Part shown: piece after piece, positions 63,722-64,000 of the stretch
Layout of the letters: every line of letters begins with the position of its first letter
Position numbering within the stretch: position 1 is the first letter of the stretch
Assembly (NCBI RefSeq): GCF_044704955.1
Contig: NC_091996.1
Span: 30,504,001 to 30,568,000, forward strand
Direction: 5' to 3'
DNA length: 64,000 nucleotides
Source: Pristiophorus japonicus
Lineage: Eukaryota
Position numbers and translations under genes: made by a program
Notes under the pieces: model-generated
Told to the model about the DNA's origin: nothing
Seen by the model: only the letters and a program-made list of their open reading frames with translations
Database searches by the model: none

Positions 63722-64000
63722 TTATAGGCATACAGCATATTGTAAGATCCACACAGGATTGGAATATCTATCTCAAAATGAAGAGAAACGTGGACTATGC
63801 AAAAAAGGAAAGTAATAAAAATAGCAAGATGAAAACAGATAATCAATAATGTCACTAATAGTATCTATTTACATCAAAGGAAATTGAAGTCTTCTAGAAC
63901 AAGATCGATATCAGTTACACCATATACAATGTATTAATCAAATGTTATGGCCCATTAACTATTTATTTTGTCAATTCCCTCCAAACATAGATGAATTGAA

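Overview
Repeat-dominated vertebrate genomic DNA, most likely from a shark or other chondrichthyan. That inference rests on HER1-like CR1 LINEs with (TTTCTATG)n/(TTCTTATG)n tails, SacSINE1-like Deu-SINEs, RTE LINEs and short solo LTRs. No intact host protein-coding gene could be supported. Nearly all long ORFs in the track are LINE reverse-transcriptase fragments, simple-repeat translations, or artefacts of the N-gap at 29944-30606. Main observations: (1) a histone H2B retrocopy fused directly to a CR1 3' end, with the junction just before the position of the histone stem-loop; (2) eight copies of a bipartite non-autonomous RTE element (5' region and endonuclease start joined to the RTE 3' tail); (3) three unrelated solo LTRs that each carry a CTCF-like motif upstream of the TATA box; (4) a CR1 insertion flanked by a ~170-bp duplication, plus other local templated duplications; (5) a Harbinger-type Myb/SANT gene relic that can be rebuilt across two insertions; (6) a pogo/Tigger-like element filled with a minisatellite; (7) weak candidates for small minus-strand exons and enhancer-like islands. 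I found no evidence for a new multi-gene system; any novelty lies in retrotransposon mechanics. Coordinates were read by eye (about +/-10 bp unless a TSD or terminus is quoted), and family names come from recalled consensus sequences, not searches.
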